The notes below the pieces were generated by a model. The model worked only from the letters and a program-made list of their open reading frames with translations, ran no database searches and had not been told where the DNA came from. The position numbers and the translations under genes were made by a program. Shown in pieces: positions 28,972 through 38,331 of a stretch of DNA of 64,000 bases; position 1 is the stretch's first letter; every line of letters starts with the position of its first letter. Source of the DNA: an uncultured Chthonomonadaceae bacterium. Its GTDB lineage: Bacteria; Armatimonadota; Chthonomonadetes; Chthonomonadales; Chthonomonadaceae. Location: assembly GCA_963835065.1 (NCBI GenBank), contig CAWIEK010000049.1, positions 576,001 through 640,000 on the forward strand, written 5' to 3'.

Positions 28972-31900
28972 CTAAACATCCTCTCTTTCAGGAAATTGCG
29001 GCGTCTCCATCGGCTCCGGCGCTTCGGTGACGGGCCAGTGGTAATCGCGGTTCAGGAAGGTTTTGTTGAGCCAGCGGGTCAGGTCGTCTACCAGCGTGTG
29101 CGTGATCGGGATGTCGAACAGCGAAAGAATCGTGCCGATGAGCAACCCGCCGACAACCGCTGTGGCAAGCGGCTGGTAGGCGTCCAAGCCTGTTTTGGGA
29201 TGCAGGGCAACAGGCAGCATCGTCAGCAGGGTAATGCCCGCCGTCATTAAAATGGGACGCAGGCGCTGCGGACACGCTCGCGCCACAGCCTCATCGCGGG
29301 GAACGCCCCGGTCCCGATGTTTCATTACCATATCAATGAGCAGTACGGCTGTGGTTATATCCATGCCCGTCAGCACGATGATGCCCAGGAGCGATACGGT
29401 AGAAAACGATTGATGCGCCAGCCACAGGGCGGTAAACACGCCCGCCAGTTCTAACGGCAGGCTGGCAAGCATCTGCAAGGGCTGCAAAAACCCCCGAAAC
29501 TGCACCACCAAGACGAGATACATCAGCACGAGGGCAAGCGCCAATCCCGACACCATGCGCCGGAACGCCGCCATCATTTCCAGCATATCGCCCCGCGCCA
29601 CCATGCCGTAACCGGGCGGAAAATTCACCGGCTGTATGCCTAATTTCGAATTGCCCGCATAGGTGTTGGCGACAAGGTTCATGACCACGTCCATTGAGGG
29701 CAGATTGTTGGAGCGATAATAGCCCGTAATTCCAATGACGCGGCGGAGCATGTCGTGTTCAATCACGGTCGGCGCATTACCATGCTGAATGCTTGCCACC
29801 GATTTCAAGGGTATCTGCCGCCCGTCCGGCGTGGATAGGGTCAGGTTTTCGAGGTTCTGAACCGTTGCCCGGTCTTTTTCCTCGTAGCGCACCTGAATGG
29901 TGTTCTGGCGCAGATTAGGCAGGCGGAAAAACTCGTTCGTCAGGCCGCCGCCAAGCGCGTAATACGCCTGCTGCGAGATGCTTTCCGGTGACAATCCCAC
30001 TTCCTGCGCGCGCTGCGGGTCAACTTTGATTTGAAAGTCCGGCAGTCTCGCTGTCCACGTTGTCGCCGGCTGTGCCATTTCGGGCATTTTGCGCGCGACG
30101 GCTAATGTTTGCTGCCCCAATCTATCCAACTCGTTTATGTCCGGGCCGTAGATGTTGAGATGCACGGGAGCCGCCGAAGTCGCCATCACATCGCTGCCCA
30201 TTTCCTTGATCTGCAAGCGCCGGATACCGGGAATCGTATGCAGCGCCTCTTTTTGAATGGCGTCTATGATCTGAAAAATCGTCCGCTTGCGCGCGTCCTT
30301 GTCCGAAAAGGTCAGCGTCAGGGATGCGCCGTTCACCTGCGGCATCTGGTAGCCGGTATAGTAGGGGTTGTACGACTCGAACATACACTCGGCCCCGATT
30401 TCCACGCTTGCCTTTTCCAGTTCGGGATAGCGGGCCATGATGCGCTCCAGTTGTCCGACTGCGCGTTCGGTTTCGGCATACGAGGTTCCCGGAGCCATTT
30501 CCAAAACGCCGCTCGCCTGCCCCACATCCGCAAGCGGCATCATCTCGCTCCCGATGAAGTAATAAAATGTCAGGCCAATGATCAGTGTGCCGAACACGCG
30601 GGCAAGGTTGGCGAAACGGTGTTTGAGCATCCAGCGAATGAGGCGCCCGTACCCCTTTTCCAGCCGGTCAAGCCAATGCTGAAACGGATCGAGAACGATG
30701 TACAGCAAGCATAAAACCGGATGCTTGCGGTCGGCGTGGCGCGCGCTTTCGGGACGCAGCAGATTGGCGCACAGCAGCGCGGTCAGCGTGAACGACACGA
30801 GCATGGAAGCCAGCAGGCCGAAAATCAGCGGCCATACCAGTTCGACAAACATCAGTTCCGTCAGCCCGCCCGCGAACAGCAGGGGCGCAAGCGCGAGGAC
30901 GATCATCAGCGTGGACGCGATCACGGCAACGCGCACTTCGGCAATGCCGTCAATCGTCGCGGTTTTGGGGTCCTTGCCCATGCGTATGTGCCGCTCTACC
31001 GCATGAATGTCAATGATCGAGTCATCCACGAGCCGCCCAATGGACAGCAGCAAGCCGATGAGCGTGCCGCTGTTGAACGTCATGTGGAAGGGAACCATCA
31101 TCAGCACGGCGATGGCAAGAGAAGTCGGCAGCGTAATCATAGCAATCAGCGTACCGCGCCATTCACCTAAAAACAACAGCACGGCAAGCCCGGTGAGCAG
31201 GACGGCAACCCCCAGTTCCTCCCAGACATTGTGAAACAGGATATTGACGAAGTGGGCGTTGTCATAAGCCACATCGAAATGCAGGCCGGGGTTTTCGTCC
31301 TCCAACTGCTTCACGACCTTCATCACGGCGGGCACGACCTGCGCGGAACTGGCGCTGGGGTCTTGAATGACGGACACTTCGATGGCGGGAATGACTTCAG
31401 CCTTTGTACCCGGCTCATGCGAAAGATAGTGGTAGCCGCTGCGCCGCTCAAAGTGAGAATCCACCACTCGCGCCACGTCCCGAACATAGACTACGCTTGG
31501 CGAACGCGAAGACGCGCTTGTCGCAGGTAAGGAAACGGGAGCGGCAGGAGTGGATGTGTCCGCTCCACTTCCCATGCCGCCCATTCCCCCACCCCCACTG
31601 CCGCCACTCTCGCCAACGGAACTCGCCGCCGTTCCGTTCGTTCCTGCCGTTACGCTCTTGATGGGATAGTTCAGCACGTCCTGAGCGCTGCGGGCGCGGG
31701 TGTCTATGCGTATAATACCTTCCTGTGCCCCGTTCGTGAGCGTACCGGCGGGGCGGGTAACGTTGAAGCGGTCAATGGCGTTCTTCACGTCCAGAATAGA
31801 GAGTTTGTAGGCCGCGAGTTTGCTCCGGTCAACGATTACCTGCATTTGCCGCCGATAGCCGCCGAACGGCACGACGGAATACACGTTTTCCACGCTCTTG

Positions 31901-32481
31901 AGCCGGTTGATGATAGTGTTGTCGGCAAACTCGCGGACGCGCAGCGCATCCCAACCCTGCTTTGCGTCGCCGCGCACACTGAGCGTTAGAATGGGCAAGT
32001 TGAGCGGGTCTATCGGCACGACCCACGAGGGCTTGAGGTTCGCGCCCGTTGCCGGCAGGTTCGATTGGGTGACGTTGAGGAGGGATTGCACGTCTACAAG
32101 GGCGCGCTGCATGTTCGTGCCGTATGGGAATTCCAGCGTGACGAGGGAAAAGCCGTTCTGCGAAGTAGAGCGCACGTAACGGATGCTCTTGACATTAACC
32201 ATCTGCTGCTCGATAGGGTTGGAAACATACAGTTCCATCTCCTGCGCGGACAGGCCGGGCATCATCGTGACGACTCCGAGCATGGGACTTTCCACATAAG
32301 GCGCGAACCGGCGCGGCATCGTTTGGCTGACGGTCAGCCACGCCAATCCCACCATCGCCACATAAAACGCGATAATGGCATACGGATGCTCGATGCTCCA
32401 CTTGTGAATGGTATGCAGCGCGTTCAAACTCCGCCCCACGTGTGGCGTAGCCGACGCGCCGTTATCAGATTGCTGTTTCAT
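28972..32481 (-). CDS. RND efflux transporter permease (AcrB/CzcA/CusA family)
   Basis: IGRLVDDSII, RLRPILMT, PLATAVVGGL; ATGA coupling to upstream gene. Confidence 0.93.
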   Translation of the reverse strand: MKQQSDNGASATPHVGRSLNALHTIHKWSIEHPYAIIAFYVAMVGLAWLTVSQTMPRRFAPYVESPMLGVVTMMPGLSAQEMELYVSNPIEQQMVNVKSIRYVRSTSQNGFSLVTLEFPYGTNMQRALVDVQSLLNVTQSNLPATGANLKPSWVVPIDPLNLPILTLSVRGDAKQGWDALRVREFADNTIINRLKSVENVYSVVPFGGYRRQMQVIVDRSKLAAYKLSILDVKNAIDRFNVTRPAGTLTNGAQEGIIRIDTRARSAQDVLNYPIKSVTAGTNGTAASSVGESGGSGGGGMGGMGSGADTSTPAAPVSLPATSASSRSPSVVYVRDVARVVDSHFERRSGYHYLSHEPGTKAEVIPAIEVSVIQDPSASSAQVVPAVMKVVKQLEDENPGLHFDVAYDNAHFVNILFHNVWEELGVAVLLTGLAVLLFLGEWRGTLIAMITLPTSLAIAVLMMVPFHMTFNSGTLIGLLLSIGRLVDDSIIDIHAVERHIRMGKDPKTATIDGIAEVRVAVIASTLMIVLALAPLLFAGGLTELMFVELVWPLIFGLLASMLVSFTLTALLCANLLRPESARHADRKHPVLCLLYIVLDPFQHWLDRLEKGYGRLIRWMLKHRFANLARVFGTLIIGLTFYYFIGSEMMPLADVGQASGVLEMAPGTSYAETERAVGQLERIMARYPELEKASVEIGAECMFESYNPYYTGYQMPQVNGASLTLTFSDKDARKRTIFQIIDAIQKEALHTIPGIRRLQIKEMGSDVMATSAAPVHLNIYGPDINELDRLGQQTLAVARKMPEMAQPATTWTARLPDFQIKVDPQRAQEVGLSPESISQQAYYALGGGLTNEFFRLPNLRQNTIQVRYEEKDRATVQNLENLTLSTPDGRQIPLKSVASIQHGNAPTVIEHDMLRRVIGITGYYRSNNLPSMDVVMNLVANTYAGNSKLGIQPVNFPPGYGMVARGDMLEMMAAFRRMVSGLALALVLMYLVLVVQFRGFLQPLQMLASLPLELAGVFTALWLAHQSFSTVSLLGIIVLTGMDITTAVLLIDMVMKHRDRGVPRDEAVARACPQRLRPILMTAGITLLTMLPVALHPKTGLDAYQPLATAVVGGLLIGTILSLFDIPITHTLVDDLTRWLNKTFLNRDYHWPVTEAPEPMETPQFPEREDV

Positions 32482-34484
32482 CGCCCGCCTCCCGCCCGCC
32501 TGGGAACGAGCGTCATGCCGCACTTGGGACAATTTCCGGGGTGATCCTGAACCACTTCGGGGTGCATCAGGCAGGTGTAGAGGATGCGGGATGAAGATGG
32601 GGTTGCCGTTCCCGTAGTCGGCGTTCTGCCTGCTCCTTCTGTAGTCGGCATACTGCCTACCGCTCCCGTAGTCGGCGTTCTGCCCGAATTCCTTTGCGCC
32701 GCTCCCATGCCTGTTCCCGCCATCCCGTTCATCGCTCCCGCCGTAACGGAACTGTTGGAAGCGACCTTTGTATTTACAGGCGCTACGGTGTCGCCGTTTT
32801 GCAGGTAATCCTGTCCTGCAACAACCACCTTCTGCCCTGCCTGCAAACCCGCGAGGATTTCCACGCTTTTCTCATCGCTCAGTCCCACTTTTACCTCAAC
32901 CTCTTGAACGGTGTACTGGCCTTCCTGCCCGCCGACAGGCTGCGCCACCCACACTGAAGGCGTGGTTTGTGTCGTGACCACGCCTTCAGAGGGAGAGGCA
33001 TGGTAGCGCAGGGCGCGCGTCGGAATGCGCAATGTATGCGCGTTCTGTCCTGTATTGATGTCCATCGTCACGTACTGCCCCGGCAGGAAGCGGCTGTCTT
33101 TGTTCGGTACAACGGCTTCCACAATGCCGGTTCGCGCCGTTGGGTCAACCGAGGGCGCGACAGACGTAATTTGCGCCGTAATCGGCTTGCTGCCTTCGTC
33201 CTGATTGCTGACCAGAACGGAACTGCCAACCCGCACTTTGGCTAAATCGGATTCGCTCACATTGGCCTGCAAGCGGATCGGCGTGATTTGCGCAATCCGC
33301 AGCAGGGTTTGCCCCGGATTGACCAGAACGCCGGGACTGACAATGCGCTGCGTGACTACGCCATCGGTTTGCGAGCGTATTTCGCTGTAGCCCTGCGCGG
33401 CGGATGCGCCTGCCAGCGTCGCTTTCGCCTGTTCCACGCCCGCCTGCGCCTGCGCGATTTTTTGATTGGCCGAGTCTGCCGCCGCCTGCGTGGAGCGCAC
33501 GTGCGCGTAATGCGAGTTCAGTTCCGATTGCGCCTGTTCCACTTTCGATTTTGCGGACGCGATCAGGGCTTCGGCTTTGCGAACGGCGGACTGCGCGGCG
33601 CGGATTTGCGCCTGTACCTGCGCGATACGCGCCTGCGCCTGCCGGACTTTCGCGTCCGCGTTTTCCGCCTGCGCTTTTTCGCGCTGATATTCTTCCTGCG
33701 TGACCGCGCCCGCTTTGAGCAGGGAGGCTTCCCGGCTGATCTCGTCCCGCCAGTATTGTTGGTCGGCCTGCGCCGCCTGAACCTGCGCGTTCGCATCCCC
33801 GCTCATGCTTTGCGCAGCATCGAGCTGCGCCTGCGCGTTCGCCCGCTCCTCCTGCGCTGCCGTCCAATCCGCGCGGGCGCTTTCCACGGCCCCGGTTTTC
33901 ATGCCCACTTCGGCATGGGCTTCGTTGATCGCGGCAAGCGCCTGCTGATACTCTTTTCGCGCCACCCCGACTCCCTGCGCCGCCATGTTCAGACTGGCGC
34001 GCTGATTGGCAACGAGGGGAGCCGACTGACTGGTATCCAATCGCGCCAGCAGTTGCCCGCGCCTTACTTTATCCCCCGCGTACAACGGCATCCAGAGCAG
34101 CGTGCCCGTAATGCGCGGCGTCACCTCCTGCTCCACAAAGCCCACCGCCTGCCCGGTGTAGCGCACAGTGCTTTCGATCTGCCCGCTTGTGACCGTCGCC
34201 AGTTCGACAGGCGCGGTTCCGGCGGGCGCGGGCAGGTTCATGTCCATACTCTGCGCTTCAAAAGGCGTCATGGCTCCCGGTCTGCGGAAGTGGCTGACCG
34301 CATACATCGCCCCCCACAGGATCAGGCCGAGCAGCGCCATCCCGCCAAGAACAGAGCGGTTCGCTACATTTCTCAAAGATAGACGTTGGTCTGTACGCCG
34401 CATCCGGTAGATGATGAACAGGAGAGCGGCTCCGGCTGCCAGCAAGGGCAAGAAAAATTCGATATTTCGATTCATGCTCGTCAT
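32478..34484 (-). CDS. RND periplasmic adaptor with C-terminal heavy-metal-binding domain
   Basis: GDKVRRGQLLARLD, long coiled coil, PSVDPTART, YTCLMHPEV...CPKCGMTL. Confidence 0.92.
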   Translation of the reverse strand: MTSMNRNIEFFLPLLAAGAALLFIIYRMRRTDQRLSLRNVANRSVLGGMALLGLILWGAMYAVSHFRRPGAMTPFEAQSMDMNLPAPAGTAPVELATVTSGQIESTVRYTGQAVGFVEQEVTPRITGTLLWMPLYAGDKVRRGQLLARLDTSQSAPLVANQRASLNMAAQGVGVARKEYQQALAAINEAHAEVGMKTGAVESARADWTAAQEERANAQAQLDAAQSMSGDANAQVQAAQADQQYWRDEISREASLLKAGAVTQEEYQREKAQAENADAKVRQAQARIAQVQAQIRAAQSAVRKAEALIASAKSKVEQAQSELNSHYAHVRSTQAAADSANQKIAQAQAGVEQAKATLAGASAAQGYSEIRSQTDGVVTQRIVSPGVLVNPGQTLLRIAQITPIRLQANVSESDLAKVRVGSSVLVSNQDEGSKPITAQITSVAPSVDPTARTGIVEAVVPNKDSRFLPGQYVTMDINTGQNAHTLRIPTRALRYHASPSEGVVTTQTTPSVWVAQPVGGQEGQYTVQEVEVKVGLSDEKSVEILAGLQAGQKVVVAGQDYLQNGDTVAPVNTKVASNSSVTAGAMNGMAGTGMGAAQRNSGRTPTTGAVGSMPTTEGAGRTPTTGTATPSSSRILYTCLMHPEVVQDHPGNCPKCGMTLVPRRAGGGR

Positions 34485-35833
34485 GGCCTCCCGACCGCGC
34501 GCTGCAACCGGACGAGCGCAATGGAATGGTCATATAGCGCCTGCGCCACATTGCCGCGCGCCTGCGTCAAGGAAGCGAGGGCGTCCAATTGCTCGACAAG
34601 TAAGCCTTTCTGGTTTTGAACGCGCAGCGCGGTCACGTCATACGCGGATTGCGCGGACTGCAACGCGGACTGCGCCGCGCGATAGTTTTCCGCCGCCGTT
34701 TGCGCGTCCAGCCATGCCTCCTGCACTTCGACGGCAACCCGCAATTCCATGTCGCGGGCTTCCGCGTCGGCGCGTTCCTGCCGCGCCCGCGCCTGCGCGG
34801 TTTCAGCGCGGCGCTGTCCTCCGTCAACAAGGGGGATGCTGAGAACAATGCCAACCGTGTAGCCTTCCCGCGTTCCCTGCGGATGGGACGTGAAGCCGTC
34901 CGCCATTGCCATGCCATACACCTGCGGTCCCTGCGAACCCCGAACCGAGCGGGTCTGCGCTTCGGCTGCCGTTGTTCGCGCTCTGGCGGCTTGCAGTTCC
35001 GGGCGCGTTTTGGCGGCGTCTGCTAATTGCGCGTTCAGGTCGCCTACAGGGGGAGTAAACACAAGCGCGTCGCTGAGAGCAATATCGGAAGCAAGGCGAA
35101 CGCCCATCGCGGCTTTGAGATCAAGCAGCGCTTTGGCCTGCGTGTTCCGAGCCGTCGTGAGCAGGCGCTGCGCGTCGGCCTGTTCCGCTTCCACGCGGCG
35201 TACCGAGGATTCCAGTCCCTTGCCTGCCGCAAAAAGCGCCTGCGTCGTTTTCACTAATTCCGCGTCCGCGTCTATCCTTGCTTGCGCCGTTTTCACGGTT
35301 TCGGCTGCCAGCAGCGCGCGGTAATAAGCGTCTTTGATTCGTAAAGAAATATCCGCTTGAACGCTTCCCGCATCGAAAGTGACGGCGCTTTCACGCTGCA
35401 AAGCCGCCCGTACCCCGTTTTCCAGTCGCCCGCTTGTAAAAATCGGAACCATGAGCATAAAGTTCTGGTCGGCGAAGCCCTGCGAGGGAACGTTCAGGTA
35501 GTTCGCGGGCATCACGTTCCCCGCTGTGTACAGGATATTGCTGGAATCTCCCGCCGACAGGTAAGTGTTTGCCGAAACTTGTGGGCGCGTCTGACTGCGC
35601 GCGCCCTGCGTTTCCGCTGCCGCCGCGCTGATGTCTGCCCGCGCCACCCGCGCCATCAGGTTTTCGCGCAACCCGGTTTGCACCGCCTGAGCCAGCGTCA
35701 ACGCCCCCTTAATTTCGGGCCTGTCCGCGCCCAATGTCTGCGCTTCGACCGGAAAGGGAACAAGCAGGCAAAGTGCCCAACAAGCCGCCGCTATTTTCCG
35801 TTGAAATTTGTTTCTATATCGCATTATGTACAC
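34481..35833 (-). CDS. TolC family outer-membrane efflux protein
   Basis: Signal peptide, VPIFTSG and IPLVDGG motifs, C-terminal LQRAVG. Confidence 0.9.
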   Translation of the reverse strand: MYIMRYRNKFQRKIAAACWALCLLVPFPVEAQTLGADRPEIKGALTLAQAVQTGLRENLMARVARADISAAAAETQGARSQTRPQVSANTYLSAGDSSNILYTAGNVMPANYLNVPSQGFADQNFMLMVPIFTSGRLENGVRAALQRESAVTFDAGSVQADISLRIKDAYYRALLAAETVKTAQARIDADAELVKTTQALFAAGKGLESSVRRVEAEQADAQRLLTTARNTQAKALLDLKAAMGVRLASDIALSDALVFTPPVGDLNAQLADAAKTRPELQAARARTTAAEAQTRSVRGSQGPQVYGMAMADGFTSHPQGTREGYTVGIVLSIPLVDGGQRRAETAQARARQERADAEARDMELRVAVEVQEAWLDAQTAAENYRAAQSALQSAQSAYDVTALRVQNQKGLLVEQLDALASLTQARGNVAQALYDHSIALVRLQRAVGRP

Positions 35834-35862
35834 TGCCTCTTTGGGGCGTTGTGTGCCGCGTG

Positions 35863-35992
35863 GGGTAGCCGGGGATTAAAAATCCCCGGCAGGACAAAAC
35901 AAGCGTCCTTCGGACGCAACCCTATACAAAGATTCCCGCGTCCGCAGGACGCTCGTACTTTCCTGCCGGGGATTTTTAATCCCCGGCTACCC
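35863..35992. repeat. REP doublet (REPIN/BIME-like) with GTAG ends
   Basis: GGGTAG-CCGGGGATT-AAA-AATCCCCGG ... CCGGGGATT-TTT-AATCCCCGG-CTACCC in inverted orientation, with internal GCGTCC/GGACGC hairpins. Confidence 0.88.
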
Positions 35993-36137
35993 CATAATTA
36001 CGGCAATAAGGACAGTCGCCAGAAAATCATGAGACAGAATCACACTATTTAGTTATTGTCAGGGATGGCGTACAGATGTGCCGGAGTGGACAGACGTGGG
36101 CAAAGGCCAATCGTCTGTGCCTTACGCGGCAGGAGCG

Positions 36138-36620
36138 TCAGACGGAAAAGGGTGGAGCGCGACCGGAGGCAGGCCGCAGAAAGCGTTGCGGATAAAAGGG
36201 AAAGCGAGTCGGGAAGGAAACCGGAGTTGTGGTTTCCGGGAGAACGAACGTGAACCGCGCGGCAGGAGGCGGCAACGCCAGCAACGGCATATAAAACTCG
36301 ACCCCATGCTGCAGGGTAGAGGCAGGCTGTTCCGCAACGCGCGCAACGCACTTAGAGGACGCGCAGGACTTATGCCCACCGCATCTCGAAGTGGTTACGG
36401 CTGCGGTTGCACGAGGGGCACACAGGGAGCAACGCATCCCGGAGGAAGCCGCACTCGAAGCCATGCGAGAACTTGAACTCCGAAGCATGGGGCAATTGGC
36501 AGGGCATGGCGTACCATCCAGGCATTGCCAGGACGCGCCGGACGGCAACGCCAAAACAATCAGCGCCAACGCCAGCAGCCAGCCTATCCATCTTCGGTTG
36601 TTCACATTTCGCAAAGCCAT
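36138..36620 (-). CDS. Cys-rich secreted protein ending in RAPP (DUF2946/CutF/CruR-like); start uncertain
   Basis: Hydrophobic signal, Cys clusters (CLDGTPCPANC, CSLC), Pro-rich tail ending GRAPPFSV, upstream of metal efflux operon. Confidence 0.65.
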   Translation of the reverse strand: MALRNVNNRRWIGWLLALALIVLALPSGASWQCLDGTPCPANCPMLRSSSSRMASSAASSGMRCSLCAPRATAAVTTSRCGGHKSCASSKCVARVAEQPASTLQHGVEFYMPLLALPPPAARFTFVLPETTTPVSFPTRFPFYPQRFLRPASGRAPPFSV

Positions 36621-36744
36621 CGTGCTTATCATACTGTCATGGGCAGGCAAAAGGTTCCCGCCAAAAGTTGGCTGTGTCAAACGCCCAACGCAAATTTTTC
36701 CAAGCCAGTCTATTCGACTACACGAAATTATAAATAAAATAACA

Positions 36745-36782
36745 ATTTGTACGGGCGCAATTTATTGCGCCCGTACAAATTG
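36745..36782. repeat. Palindrome / terminator-like hairpin
   Basis: ATTTGTACGGGCGCAAT-TT-ATTGCGCCCGTACAAAT. Confidence 0.7.
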
Positions 36783-36802
36783 TTATTTGAACGGTATTGG
36801 AT

Positions 36803-37594
36803 CTAACGCAGTTCGTGGGGAGGCGTCGGCGGTGACGGCGGCGTGGGTGGCGCAGGCGGGGCCGGCGGCGTTTCCGAACTGCTTGCGAAACTGTCTCCCC
36901 ACGACACAGTAAAACCGCTTGTGGAAGTGGCTTCCTGTTTGGGCGCGTTGTCCGGGGCGGGCTGCGCGCTGAACCAGCCGGGCAGTTGTTCGCGCACCAG
37001 TTGGCTGAATTCGGCCTTGTCCATGTGCGGGGCGAGCGCGACAAGCAGGCTGGGATCGCTGACTTTGTGCTGCGCAAGGGCGGCGCGTACCAGTTGCCCG
37101 ACCGTTTCCTTATCCACATGCGGCGCAAGCCCGATGATGGTCTGCAAATCCGGGCCATGCGGCGGTGGCGGCGGGGTTGGCGCGGACGTTGTTGTAACCG
37201 TCACTCCCAATCGTTCGCGCACCAGTTTGGACAGTTCCGAAGAACCGAGAAACGGAGCCAGCGCAATCAGCGGGCCAAGCCCCTCCTTGTGTTCGCGTTT
37301 TGCGTTTTCCACCGGCGTTTCCTCCACAATGTCGCTGATGTAATCGGCCAGCAGCGTGGATTCTGCGCCCAGTTGACCGAAATTCGTTTCGTCTTCATCC
37401 AATTCGGAAAACAATTCTTCCGGCAGAATGTCTTCTTCTTCCAGATGCTCCACGATGGCGTTATACCGCTTCACATAGTTGCGGACGCCGCTCTCGAAGC
37501 TGCCGGTTTGTTCCGCGTGTTCGGCGGTTTCGGCCATTTTCAGCAGCAGGTTGCGAATCCGGCGGATTTCCTGTTTCGGATTGCGGTCGGGCAT
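36803..37594 (-). CDS. Hypothetical protein with repeated LAP(F/H) helical units and Pro-rich tail, downstream of ECF sigma
   Basis: GGAGG RBS; IALAPFL, IGLAPHV, VALAPHM repeats. Confidence 0.7.
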   Translation of the reverse strand: MPDRNPKQEIRRIRNLLLKMAETAEHAEQTGSFESGVRNYVKRYNAIVEHLEEEDILPEELFSELDEDETNFGQLGAESTLLADYISDIVEETPVENAKREHKEGLGPLIALAPFLGSSELSKLVRERLGVTVTTTSAPTPPPPPHGPDLQTIIGLAPHVDKETVGQLVRAALAQHKVSDPSLLVALAPHMDKAEFSQLVREQLPGWFSAQPAPDNAPKQEATSTSGFTVSWGDSFASSSETPPAPPAPPTPPSPPTPPHELR

Positions 37595-38207
37595 GAGTTG
37601 GTTCCTCCAAAAGTTCGGCAAGGCGGGGCGACAGGCGCTTGCGCCCATCGTGCAGCCGCCATTTGACAGTGGTGAGAGGAAGGGCCAGAAAGTCGGCGAT
37701 GCGCGTCGTAGGCCACTGCTCGTAATAAAACAAGCGCAGGACGATCTGAATATCCGGCGGCAGGTCGGACAGCATAGCGCGAATAGCCGCTTCGCGCTCC
37801 GTTTCCAAAACCTGCTCCAAAAGTCCGTTTGCCGCTTGCGGGTCTTCCCGCAGCGTCAATTGTTCCAGCGCTGCATCGTCCGTGGGCATATAACGGGCGG
37901 CGCGGGTTCCGAAGCGGCGGGCATGATTGCGGGTAATGGCGTACAGCCAGCCTGCGAACTTTCCCGGCTCCTGCAAGCGGGGCAGGGCGCGAAATGCCAG
38001 CAGAAACGCTTCCTGCGCAATGTCGTGGGCGCTTTCCCGACAGTTCACGATTTGCAGCGCCACCAATACAACCGCGCTCCGAAACCGGAGTACCAGTTCG
38101 TCACACGCTTCCAGACTGCCCATTTGCGCAATGCCCACCACTTCCGCATCGCTGAGATATTGTAATCGCCGCGCCATCGCCATGCTTCCGGCTCCTTCCA
38201 ACGACAA
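37461..38207 (-). CDS. ECF-type RNA polymerase sigma factor
   Basis: DIAQEAFLLAFRALPRL...FAGWLYAITRN (region 2); IADFLALPLTTVKWRLHDGRKRL (region 4). Confidence 0.9.
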   Translation of the reverse strand: MSLEGAGSMAMARRLQYLSDAEVVGIAQMGSLEACDELVLRFRSAVVLVALQIVNCRESAHDIAQEAFLLAFRALPRLQEPGKFAGWLYAITRNHARRFGTRAARYMPTDDAALEQLTLREDPQAANGLLEQVLETEREAAIRAMLSDLPPDIQIVLRLFYYEQWPTTRIADFLALPLTTVKWRLHDGRKRLSPRLAELLEEPTHARPQSETGNPPDSQPAAENGRNRRTRGTNRQLRERRPQLCEAV

Positions 38208-38331
38208 GAGACAGCCAAAAGCCGAAAGGATAGTAACACAAAGGATGAAGGATGAAGGATGAAGGATGAAAAACTATTTTTGTTTGACAAGCTTTACCGG
38301 CTGAAAGGATTTTAGGAAGGGAGCATTGTCT

